Shown here: piece after piece, positions 38,095-47,510 of the stretch
Layout of the letters: each line of letters starts with the position of its first letter
Numbering within the stretch: position 1 is the stretch's first letter
Source: Candidatus Cloacimonadota bacterium
GTDB lineage: Bacteria; Cloacimonadota; Cloacimonadia; JGIOTU-2
Reading direction: 5' to 3'
NCBI GenBank assembly: GCA_049903315.1
Contig: JBNGBT010000005.1
Span: forward strand, 96,001 to 160,000
DNA: 64,000 bases
Position numbers and translations under genes: made by a program
The notes under the pieces: generated by a model
What the model was told of the DNA's origin: nothing
What the model saw: the letters and a program-made list of their open reading frames with translations, nothing else
The model's database searches: none

Positions 38095-41000
38095 ATGAAA
38101 AAGTTTATTATCATATTTGGATTAATATTATTTAGCATACAAGCACTATACGCAACAATTACAGTAGATGGTTTTTGCTATTTGGAAAATGCAACCGATC
38201 ATTCTGGAACAAAAGTTCTATTTAATGCTGTTTCTGCTTCTGCTGTTACCGACAGCATATTTACAAACACAAACGGCTCATTTATTCTTGCAATTGAAGA
38301 AGGTATTTATACTGTCCACTACTCTCACGATGGATGGCAGCCTTATACTATTCCCGGTGATATTCCTTTATTTGTAGATACTACCCTTGATGATGTAACT
38401 CTTTCTTCCGGTGTGATGATAGAAGTATCAGGACCGCAAAGCGGTATTTGGTCTTCTAATAATATTTATCAGGTTATTGGAGATATATCTGTAGCTAATG
38501 GAGATTCCCTGATAATCGAGCCTGGAGTTACTGTAAAATTTATGGATTACTATTCGTTTAAAATTTATGGAAAACTTGTAGCGGTTGGATCAGAAGCAGA
38601 TACCATTCGTTTTACTTCTGGACAAATAACAGGAAATCCCAGTGATTGGGATAGAATACATTTTCAAAGCGGATCTGATTCCAATAGTATAATATCATAT
38701 TCAATAATTGATTATGCAAGTAACGGAATCTATTGTAGTAATTCTTCACCAAATTTAAGTAATAACGTTATTAGGAATAATGGTTTTTATTTAGAGGAAG
38801 GAGGAATATATTGCTCATCTTCATCCCCAACCATTAGTAATAATACGATCAATAATAATGTTTGTGGGATTTATTGCCGTTCTTCTTCTTTTCCTACTAT
38901 AAATAATAACACGATCATTAATAACTCTACATCAATTTATTGCATCTATTCTTCTTCTCCTCACATTACTAATAATTTTATTAGTAATAATTCTTCGGGA
39001 ATTTTCTGCAACGATTCTTCTTCTCCGACCATCAGCAATAACACTATAAGTAATATTACTTGGACTGGAATCTCCTTTCAAAATTCTTCTTCGCCTATTA
39101 TCACCAATAACACGATTAGTAATTCTGAATTTGGAATCACTTGCCATACTTCTTCTTCGATTATCCTGAATAATATTCTTTATGATAACTCTTATGGCTT
39201 ATATGCATATTTATCTCCTTCCTCATTGGAATACAATCTATTCTGGTTAAATGTTTATGATGGTTATGGAGATGGTATCCCAATTTACTTTGAGGAAATT
39301 CTAACAGTAAATGCCAATGGAGATTCTTGCGATGCATACATGAATTTGTTTATAGATCCATTATTTGTTGATTCTCTTAATGGAGACTATCATCTAACAG
39401 AAAATTCACCCTGTATAGATGCTGGGAATCCAACCACAATCTATTATGATCCTGATGGTACTATATCAGATATAGGAGCTTTCTATTTTGACCAACTACC
39501 CTTTTTTCCTAATGCTGATTTTTCCGCAAATATTACAAATGGTATTTTTCCTTTAATTGTAGATTTTACAGATTTATCTACTGTGGGGTTAATGGGGTAT
39601 CCAATTAATGAATGGTTTTGGGATTTTAATAATGATGGAACTATAGATTCAAATGAACAGAATCCTCAATGGACTTACCCAGAAGCCGGTTTATATACTG
39701 TAACATTAACAGTTAGTGATGGTTCAAATACTGGTACTGAAACAAAGGTGGATTATATTACAGTTTTGGAACCAATAGATGCTGATTTTGAAGCAGTTCC
39801 TTCTATTGGATTAGCTCCTCTTGATGTTCAATTCACAGATTTATCAACCGGAGGACTACAGACATTATTTAGAGAGTCTAAAAAATCAAACAATTCAAAA
39901 ATAATAGAGAACTATAATTCAAGAGATATTGTGTCCTGGGAATGGGATTTTGATAATGATGGAACCATAGATTCATATTTACAAAATCCAAATTATACTT
40001 ACTCGGAGGTTGGAGTATACTCAGTTTCACTTACAGTAAGTGATGGCACAAATGAAGATACAGAGATTAAAGCGGATTATATTACAGTTGGAGAACCAAT
40101 AGATGCTGATTTTGAAGCAGATCCTCTTTTTGGTTTACCCCCTCTCGTTGTTCAATTTACAGATTTATCAACCGGAGGACTACAGACATTATTTAGAGAA
40201 TCTAAAAAATCAAACATTTCAAAAATAATAGAGAACGATAAATCAAGAGATATTGTTTCATGGGAATGGGATTTTAATAATGATGGATCAATAGATTCAA
40301 ATGAACAGAATCCTCAATGGATTTATACAGAAGCTGGATTATATACTGTAACATTAAAAGTTAGCGATGGTTCAAATACTGGTACTGAAGCAAAGACGGA
40401 ATATATCACAGTTGGAGAACCAATAATTGTTGATTTTGCGGCAGATATTACTTTAGGTTCATTTCCTCTTGATGTTCAATTCACAGATTTATCAAATGGT
40501 GGACTTGATACTTCAGATGGAGAAAGTGAAAGAGTAAACAATAAAGAAATTGTTGAAACAAATAATTTGAGAGATATTGTAATTTGGGAATGGGATTTTG
40601 ATAATGACGGACTTATTGATAGTAATGAGCAGAATCCCTCTTATATTTATAATTCAATCGGATATTATTCAGTTTGTTTGACTGTTTATGATAATATTAA
40701 TAATTCTAAAACATTAACAAAAGAGGATTATATTTTTGTAAATCCCGATATTGCATTTTTATATCAAACAGATGGAGTAATAGAAAGCGGAATTTCTTTA
40801 TTATCAGAAGATGTAATATATTCTGCTGCATCCGGAGATTGTGTTTATAGATTCAATAATAGCGGACAGATTGAATATACCTTGAACGTTAATGGTGATA
40901 TTAAATCTGCTACCACAATTACTCCGGATCATAATGTTTATATTGCATCAACTGATTATAATCTGTATTCATTCAATTCAAATGGTGTTAGTAATACTGG

Positions 41001-42147
41001 ATGGCCATTATCTCTTGGAGCTGAAGCAACAGCTTCAGTTGCATCTGATTCAGCTGGCAATATTTATATTGGTACAAGAAATGGAATTTTCCAAGTTGTT
41101 AATCCTAACGGAGAGAATATTTGGTCATATAACGTAGGTGCACCGATTCATTCCTCTGCGGTAATCTCTTTTGATAATACGCTATATGTAATAAATACAA
41201 ATGGCAGATTATATGCTTTTAATCTTAATTTAATTGATCCTCAAAATGTTGCTTATAAATGGAGGGTTGCAACAAATGGATCAGTTTCTTCAACTCCCGC
41301 TTTGGATGATATTAACAACATATATATCACTAATGAGAATGGTCAATTGATCAAAATAAATGATGATGGAATTAATGGAAGTATAGAATGGACTTTCGAA
41401 TCCGGATCGACTATTATTGAATCATCTCCAATTATAGACAGTAATTATAATGTTTATTTTGGATGTTCTAATGGTAAAGTTTATTCAGTAAACGATAGTG
41501 GTCACTTAAACTGGAGTAGTGATGAATTTGGTCCAATCAAAAGCACTGGAGCTTTATTTGAATCAGATGAAATCCAAAGTAGAATTTATATTGGTTCTGA
41601 TAATGGGAAATTACATACATTATCATCAGATGATGGTTCTGTTCTATGGGAATATAACGCAGGCTCAGCTATTGTATGTCCTATCTTATACGATGCTGGT
41701 AAAATTTACTTTGGTACAATTAATGGTGAGATATTAGTAATAAATGATCCCGACATTTCAGCAGGAACTATATTCAGGGATACTTCGATATGGTCAACAT
41801 TCCAGGGAAATAATCTGCGTACAGGAAATCAAACTGACAATATGGTTGCAGTTGACCCTGAAAATGTTAATAATATTTCTTTGTTAATGCAAAATTATCC
41901 AAACCCAATTAATTCAAACACAAACGAACTTAAAGTGTCTTTTATTATGAAGCAAAGAGGAAATGTTACAATTCAGTTATTTAACATAAAAGGGCAAAAA
42001 GTTTCAACTCTTTTAAATGAAAATAAAAATGTTGGTGAATACCTAATAATGTATCCAATTAATGAATTATCATCAGGAATATATTTCACCAAGATGAGTG
42101 TTGATGGTGTCGAAAAAGAGATAATGAAAGTGGTGTTGCTGAGATAG
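38095..42147 (+). CDS. Secreted protein: right-handed beta-helix, four PKD domains, PQQ-like beta-propeller, T9SS-type CTD
   Basis: GIYC..SSP.I.NN.I repeats; SPCIDAG; four F.D.S...W.WDF.NDG..DS..QNP...Y...G.Y.V.L.V units; SSP/W repeats; QNYPNP...FNIKGQ..SSGIYF. Confidence 0.9.
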   Translation: MKKFIIIFGLILFSIQALYATITVDGFCYLENATDHSGTKVLFNAVSASAVTDSIFTNTNGSFILAIEEGIYTVHYSHDGWQPYTIPGDIPLFVDTTLDDVTLSSGVMIEVSGPQSGIWSSNNIYQVIGDISVANGDSLIIEPGVTVKFMDYYSFKIYGKLVAVGSEADTIRFTSGQITGNPSDWDRIHFQSGSDSNSIISYSIIDYASNGIYCSNSSPNLSNNVIRNNGFYLEEGGIYCSSSSPTISNNTINNNVCGIYCRSSSFPTINNNTIINNSTSIYCIYSSSPHITNNFISNNSSGIFCNDSSSPTISNNTISNITWTGISFQNSSSPIITNNTISNSEFGITCHTSSSIILNNILYDNSYGLYAYLSPSSLEYNLFWLNVYDGYGDGIPIYFEEILTVNANGDSCDAYMNLFIDPLFVDSLNGDYHLTENSPCIDAGNPTTIYYDPDGTISDIGAFYFDQLPFFPNADFSANITNGIFPLIVDFTDLSTVGLMGYPINEWFWDFNNDGTIDSNEQNPQWTYPEAGLYTVTLTVSDGSNTGTETKVDYITVLEPIDADFEAVPSIGLAPLDVQFTDLSTGGLQTLFRESKKSNNSKIIENYNSRDIVSWEWDFDNDGTIDSYLQNPNYTYSEVGVYSVSLTVSDGTNEDTEIKADYITVGEPIDADFEADPLFGLPPLVVQFTDLSTGGLQTLFRESKKSNISKIIENDKSRDIVSWEWDFNNDGSIDSNEQNPQWIYTEAGLYTVTLKVSDGSNTGTEAKTEYITVGEPIIVDFAADITLGSFPLDVQFTDLSNGGLDTSDGESERVNNKEIVETNNLRDIVIWEWDFDNDGLIDSNEQNPSYIYNSIGYYSVCLTVYDNINNSKTLTKEDYIFVNPDIAFLYQTDGVIESGISLLSEDVIYSAASGDCVYRFNNSGQIEYTLNVNGDIKSATTITPDHNVYIASTDYNLYSFNSNGVSNTGWPLSLGAEATASVASDSAGNIYIGTRNGIFQVVNPNGENIWSYNVGAPIHSSAVISFDNTLYVINTNGRLYAFNLNLIDPQNVAYKWRVATNGSVSSTPALDDINNIYITNENGQLIKINDDGINGSIEWTFESGSTIIESSPIIDSNYNVYFGCSNGKVYSVNDSGHLNWSSDEFGPIKSTGALFESDEIQSRIYIGSDNGKLHTLSSDDGSVLWEYNAGSAIVCPILYDAGKIYFGTINGEILVINDPDISAGTIFRDTSIWSTFQGNNLRTGNQTDNMVAVDPENVNNISLLMQNYPNPINSNTNELKVSFIMKQRGNVTIQLFNIKGQKVSTLLNENKNVGEYLIMYPINELSSGIYFTKMSVDGVEKEIMKVVLLR
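39505..40745 (+). repeat. Tandem PKD-encoding repeats, 324-bp period
   Basis: gaaccaata recurs at 39769, 40093 and 40417 with long near-identical blocks. Confidence 0.9.
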
Positions 42148-42271
42148 GTAATACATCACGGAATGGTCAATGACGGCTCTATAAATAAGAATGCATTGAA
42201 TAAATTTGACAGCAAATTGAGCAATGTTCCAGTTAAAACAAGAATATTGATGAGCTCAAACAGGGGGAGAC

Positions 42272-43732
42272 ATCAAAAGAATAATTGTAATTTCGGTCTT
42301 TATAGCGATAGCGAATGTATTATTGTTTCATTATTCTGCTGCTGAGACAATACATATTCCAGCAGATTTCAATTCAATACAAACAGGAATTAACACTGCA
42401 AGTACAGGAGATACGGTTCTTGTAGATGCAGGAATATTTATAGAAAAAATAAATTTTAATGGAAAAAACATTACTGTTGGTTCACTATATTTAACAACAC
42501 AGGATACATCATATATTTCTCAGACAATTATCAACGGCAATCAAAATGGGAGTGTTGTAATCTTTGAAAATGGAGAGGATTCAACAGCAGTTTTATGTGG
42601 TTTTACTATTGTACATGGAAATAATGTTTTTGGTGGTGGAATTTATTGTAAATATTCCTCATCTCCGAGTTTAGAGAATATAATCATTTCAGAAAATAGT
42701 GCTTCTCATTCCGGTGGTGGGATGTACTGTAAATATTCTTCATCTCCGGATTTAAAAAATGTAACCATATCAAATAACAGTAGTATAAGTTATGGTGGCG
42801 GGATATATTGTGAAGACAATTCCTGCCCGGTTTTAGAGAAAGTAACGATATCGGGAAATTATTCTCATCATGGTGGTGGGATCTGTTGTTTGTTTGGTTC
42901 AAGCCCGAGTTTAAAGAATGTAATTATTTCGAACAATACAGCAACGTGGTATGGGGGTGGCATCGGCTGTTTCTATGACTCAGATATTCATGTCGAGAAT
43001 GTAACGATAGTCGACAATAGTGCTTCTGATAGAGGTGCAGGGATATACTGCTATAAATCATTCCCTGCTTTAATGAATACAATTGTATCTTATAATATGG
43101 ATAATTACGGACTATATGCATATTCTTGTGAACCATCGGTTTTGTATTCCAATTTTTATGAAAATGAATTTGGGAATTTCTGTGGCTGTGGAGAAGAAAT
43201 TGGAGTCAATGTTACAACAAACATTCATGGAGATAGCTGCGATGCCTATTATAATATACAGGAAAATCCTTTATTCGTTGATCCTTTAAATGGAGATTAT
43301 CATCTCAGCTGGGCGAATTATCCTATTCCCGATTATACCAAATCGTCCTGTATCGATGCCGGAGACCCGAATTCACCTCCCGATCCTGATGGTACGATTG
43401 CAGATATGGGAGCATACTATTTCAACCAAACTGTTTCAGTAGATGAACCAGAACAATCCTCTGAGTTCAATCTTACCAAATATCCAAATCCAATTACATC
43501 AAACATAAATAATCTCACAGTTAGTTTTTCTATTAATAAACCTAGCAATGTAAAAATTCAATTATTCAATGTGAGAGGGCAACTGATTTCAACTCTTATA
43601 AATGAAGATAAAAATGTTGGAGAATACACATTATCATACCCGGTTAATGAATTATCATCAGGAATATATTTCACAAAGATATGTGTTGATGGGGTAGGTA
43701 GAGAGATCAAAAAAGTTGTATTGTTAAGATAA
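42272..43732 (+). CDS. Secreted beta-helix (polymorphic-membrane-protein-like GGGI repeat) protein with T9SS-type CTD; probable ATC start
   Basis: In-frame extension from ATC 42272 gives (M)KRIIVISVFIAIANVLLFHYSAA-ETI signal peptide; GGGIYC..SSP repeats; CTD paralogous to preceding gene. Confidence 0.8.
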   Translation: MKRIIVISVFIAIANVLLFHYSAAETIHIPADFNSIQTGINTASTGDTVLVDAGIFIEKINFNGKNITVGSLYLTTQDTSYISQTIINGNQNGSVVIFENGEDSTAVLCGFTIVHGNNVFGGGIYCKYSSSPSLENIIISENSASHSGGGMYCKYSSSPDLKNVTISNNSSISYGGGIYCEDNSCPVLEKVTISGNYSHHGGGICCLFGSSPSLKNVIISNNTATWYGGGIGCFYDSDIHVENVTIVDNSASDRGAGIYCYKSFPALMNTIVSYNMDNYGLYAYSCEPSVLYSNFYENEFGNFCGCGEEIGVNVTTNIHGDSCDAYYNIQENPLFVDPLNGDYHLSWANYPIPDYTKSSCIDAGDPNSPPDPDGTIADMGAYYFNQTVSVDEPEQSSEFNLTKYPNPITSNINNLTVSFSINKPSNVKIQLFNVRGQLISTLINEDKNVGEYTLSYPVNELSSGIYFTKICVDGVGREIKKVVLLR

Positions 43733-43740
43733 AAACACAC

Positions 43741-43933
43741 CCCGCCCGTCTGCTGGCGGGCACCCCTCTTTTTAGAGGGGATTTTTAATGATCTCTACTC
43801 TCTCTGCTTGCCAGGGCGTAATGAAATGCAGACTGATGGTGAATTCTCTTTCTTTATTTTCTTATATCTTTGCGGCTTTGCGTGAGATCAATTTTTTTAA
43901 TATTTTTTCGTGCTTTTTGTGTTTTTCGTGGTT
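43741..43933. repeat. Cluster of short palindromic/REP-like intergenic motifs
   Basis: cccgcc..ggcggg, cccctct..agagggg, ctttgcggctttgcgtgaga, tttcgtg..tttttcgtggtt. Confidence 0.6.
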
Positions 43934-44002
43934 AACTCTTACTACAATTCTGGACATAAAAAACTCGATTTCCACAGTGTATGAAAATTTTTAAGGGGCT
44001 GT

Positions 44003-47000
44003 ATGAAAAAAGTATTTCTTGTTGCCACTATACTTCTCCTTGCCGTGAATCTTCTTCACGCAAAGGACATGTTTACTTATTCCTCAAAAGGAAATAGTGT
44101 TGAAATCCAGTTTAATAATAACAACGATGTAATTTCTGAGATAACAAATGCTTTCACCACAATCGCGCTACCTTCAGAAGATATCGAGATAATCATTCGT
44201 GATGTCACTTTGTCCGAGTATTCAGACAAAGGTGAATTTCTAAGGAATGTCGATCAGTTTGATGATGCAAGGATCATAAAGACCAATTCTTTTACAATGA
44301 GAGAACTGCGTGGTCATACATTGCAGATAAAAACTCAGATATATAATGAAAAAGAACACGCGTATTCTAAAATTGAAAAACTTAACTTCGATATAGTACC
44401 TCAGAAAATTCAATCTGCTCCTCAGTATCTCTCGAAAGCATTTTATAAACTTTATCCGCAACTTGTAGATAATTTTGACGAATCCTCTCTTGCTGACCTT
44501 CCTGTCCAACCATCAAAGATGCTCATCATCTGCCACCAATTGCTCAAGAACTATATTCAAGATTTCATAAATTGGAAGCAGGCAAAAGGGATCGAATGCA
44601 CAGTGGCGACTCTCCTTGAAACAGGCACAACTGCGAATGAGATAAAAGCATACATACAGCAAGTCTATGACACTTCGGATGTACCGCCGGATTATGTGCT
44701 CCTCATAGGGGATGTGGATGATTATTTTGCAGTACCTTCATTCTATTTCAGTGCTGAGAACGATGTATCCGACCATCCCTATACCATGCTTGCTGGTACG
44801 GATTATTTCCCTGACGTGATCATCGGTCGCATGTCCATCGATGAAATAAACCAGCTCTGGACGATCATTAATAAAGTTATTTCTTATGAAAAAACACCAT
44901 ATCTTGCGAACCCTAACTGGTTACAAAAAGCGCTTGTGGTTGCAGGAAATTACAGTACGACTCCGCCCACACCGAGTACGCCAGTCAAAGTTTCCCGATG
45001 GTTAAGAGATAAGATGATGAACTACGGATTTACCCAAGTTGATACAGTGTTTTATCCACCTACTTATCCTGGAACGTCGGAAATTATCAGCAAGATCAAT
45101 GCAGGTATTAGCTTTCTAAACTACCGCGGTTGGGGAGATGCGAATGGTTGGCATTATCCTGAATTCCATGTAGATAATATGGGAAGTTTGAGCAATGGAC
45201 TCAAGACGCCTGTGGTAACATCTTTTGTGTGCAATACTGGTGATTTTGCCAATACTTCCGCAGATCCTTGTTTTGGTGAAGCAATACTCCAGCTCGGAAC
45301 ACCAACCGCACCTCAGGGTGGTGTAGTTTTTATCGGACCTTCTGACCTGCATACAAGCACAAAGTTAAATAATTCGCTCTTCTCAGGTTTCTATTATGGA
45401 TTGCTCGATGAAGGCATTTATGATTTCGGAGCTGCTGTGTTGAGAGGGAAGATAGAACTCTATCACAATTTCCCTTTACAGCAGGCATCCGGTGACCAGG
45501 TGGAGTTTTATTTTCATGTGTATAATATCCTCGGCGATCCAACTTTGACCATGTGGACAACAATACCTGAGGAAATAGACTGTACAATACCCGAAAGTGT
45601 GACTGTTGGTACGAACCATCTCGATATATCCTGCACAAACCTTGAAGAGGGAGTCGTTACAGCAAGGAAAGCTGATGAGTTTTACGAAATAGCAATGCTC
45701 GAAAACGGACATGCGATCATTCCCTTTGCTTCAGAAACAGCAGGAGAGATCGAGCTTGTGATCACATCTCCGAATTTTGTAGCCATTGTTGATACTATTG
45801 ATGTTCTTGAACTGGCAACGGATATGGGATTATATGAATATGAAACTACTGCAGCAGTCCAAGCAGGAAGCACTTTGGAAGTTGATCTCACTCTGAAAAA
45901 TTTTGGGACATCCACTGCATCCGGAGTCACAGCAACGTTGAATTCGAGCAGTTCGTTTGTGAATATCACAGTACCCACTCAAAATTTTGGAGATATTGTG
46001 CCTGATGCAACAAGCCAGCAGAGTTATGAAATTGAAATCGAGGCAGATTGCCCTGACAACGAGGTTCTGGAATTCACACTTGATATTTCTACCGGAGGAA
46101 CTGCAAAGTTTTCTTTAATTGCTTCTTCGCTTCTATTTGATGTAATTGATGTAATAGTAAATACACCAAGCGGATGGCTTGAACCGGGAGAAGTCAGCGA
46201 GATACAGGTGACAATTGAAAATATCGGCTCTCTTGATGGAGCAGGTATTCAAGGTTACCTTTCCGTGCACAGTGATGCAGCCGCGATCACATCTGCTGAT
46301 TATGCATTTGGCTCCGTACCTTTGATGGCAACATCTGCCGGCACTTTTAATGTGGACATAGAAAGCAATTGCTTTATGGGTAGAAATATTCCCTTTGAGC
46401 TTACTCTTACTGACGAAAGCAACAGGATCATACATGCATTTTTTTCTCTTGAGGTTGGTCCAATCGACAACACAGCTCCTACCGGTCCGGATGCATTCGG
46501 CTACTATGCCTACGACAGCTATGATGCTGATTATGCTGAAGTGCCTACCTACTTCTGGGATGAGATCGATCCCCAAGAGGGAGGATCCGGAGATGTTATA
46601 CTTATGGCTGATGACGAATCGAGCACTATTCCTTTGCCTTTCACATTTACATATTATGATGAAGCATTCAATGAGATCACTGTGTGTTCAAATGGATGGA
46701 TTTCTTTCATTACAAATAATTGGACGAATTTCCGAAACTGGGATATTCCTTCCGCACTTGGTCCTTACGGACAGGTCTGTGCGTACTGGGATGATCTTAT
46801 CGGTGAAGCATATACTGTTTCAGACACTACCTATCATCACGATATGAGGATTTGCCATTATTATGATACTGCTGAAAATAAGTTCATCATAGAATGGAAT
46901 AAATGTTTCAATAGATTTGATGACACTTCTGTCGAGAAATTCGAGCTTATTCTCTTCGATCCTGCATATTATCCTACTGCGAGCAGTAACGGGGAAATAC

Positions 47001-47491
47001 AGTGTAATTACCAAACAGTCAACAATCCTGATGCAAACAGCAATTATTCAACAGTTGGTATAGAGAATCTTACACAATCCGATGGAGTTCTTTATACTTA
47101 TGCTGATATGTATCCGGCAAGTGCGACATTCCTGGAAAATGAACTTGCCATTAAATATACGACTGATCCGCCAGATCCATACTATGCAGTTGATGATGAG
47201 CCCGCTGACATTGGCAGCTCACTTATAATATATCCGCAACCCTCTTCCGGTTCGACAGTTATCTCGTATTATGTTCAAGATATTTCAACGACCAATATCT
47301 CAGCAGGGATATACAATATCAAAGGACAGTTAGTAAGAATGATTAGATTCGATACTTCCAACGATAAAAGCAAACAGTATATTTGGGATGGTTTTGACGA
47401 CAATAATAAAAAATCACCAAACGGAATATATTTCGTGAAAATTAATGAAAATGATAACACCAGTATTGGTAAAATAATTTTATTACGATAA
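44003..47491 (+). CDS. C25 (gingipain-like) peptidase family protein with Ig-like domains and FlgD/T9SS-type CTD
   Basis: F..WK..KG, PDYVLLIGD, SDHPY, IGR, NYRGWG, FVCNTG.F, YNILGDP, GPD.FGYYAYD; YNIKGQ...WDG...NGIYF. Confidence 0.88.
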   Translation: MKKVFLVATILLLAVNLLHAKDMFTYSSKGNSVEIQFNNNNDVISEITNAFTTIALPSEDIEIIIRDVTLSEYSDKGEFLRNVDQFDDARIIKTNSFTMRELRGHTLQIKTQIYNEKEHAYSKIEKLNFDIVPQKIQSAPQYLSKAFYKLYPQLVDNFDESSLADLPVQPSKMLIICHQLLKNYIQDFINWKQAKGIECTVATLLETGTTANEIKAYIQQVYDTSDVPPDYVLLIGDVDDYFAVPSFYFSAENDVSDHPYTMLAGTDYFPDVIIGRMSIDEINQLWTIINKVISYEKTPYLANPNWLQKALVVAGNYSTTPPTPSTPVKVSRWLRDKMMNYGFTQVDTVFYPPTYPGTSEIISKINAGISFLNYRGWGDANGWHYPEFHVDNMGSLSNGLKTPVVTSFVCNTGDFANTSADPCFGEAILQLGTPTAPQGGVVFIGPSDLHTSTKLNNSLFSGFYYGLLDEGIYDFGAAVLRGKIELYHNFPLQQASGDQVEFYFHVYNILGDPTLTMWTTIPEEIDCTIPESVTVGTNHLDISCTNLEEGVVTARKADEFYEIAMLENGHAIIPFASETAGEIELVITSPNFVAIVDTIDVLELATDMGLYEYETTAAVQAGSTLEVDLTLKNFGTSTASGVTATLNSSSSFVNITVPTQNFGDIVPDATSQQSYEIEIEADCPDNEVLEFTLDISTGGTAKFSLIASSLLFDVIDVIVNTPSGWLEPGEVSEIQVTIENIGSLDGAGIQGYLSVHSDAAAITSADYAFGSVPLMATSAGTFNVDIESNCFMGRNIPFELTLTDESNRIIHAFFSLEVGPIDNTAPTGPDAFGYYAYDSYDADYAEVPTYFWDEIDPQEGGSGDVILMADDESSTIPLPFTFTYYDEAFNEITVCSNGWISFITNNWTNFRNWDIPSALGPYGQVCAYWDDLIGEAYTVSDTTYHHDMRICHYYDTAENKFIIEWNKCFNRFDDTSVEKFELILFDPAYYPTASSNGEIQCNYQTVNNPDANSNYSTVGIENLTQSDGVLYTYADMYPASATFLENELAIKYTTDPPDPYYAVDDEPADIGSSLIIYPQPSSGSTVISYYVQDISTTNISAGIYNIKGQLVRMIRFDTSNDKSKQYIWDGFDDNNKKSPNGIYFVKINENDNTSIGKIILLR

Positions 47492-47510
47492 TGAGTGAAA
47501 GGAGTATCCA

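Noticed and set aside
42163..42345. 60-aa ORF as a frameshifted N-terminus of the downstream gene
   Set aside because: The in-frame ATC extension gives a complete signal peptide without any frameshift
43788..43994. 68-aa ORF
   Set aside because: Translation of intergenic repeat motifs with no RBS
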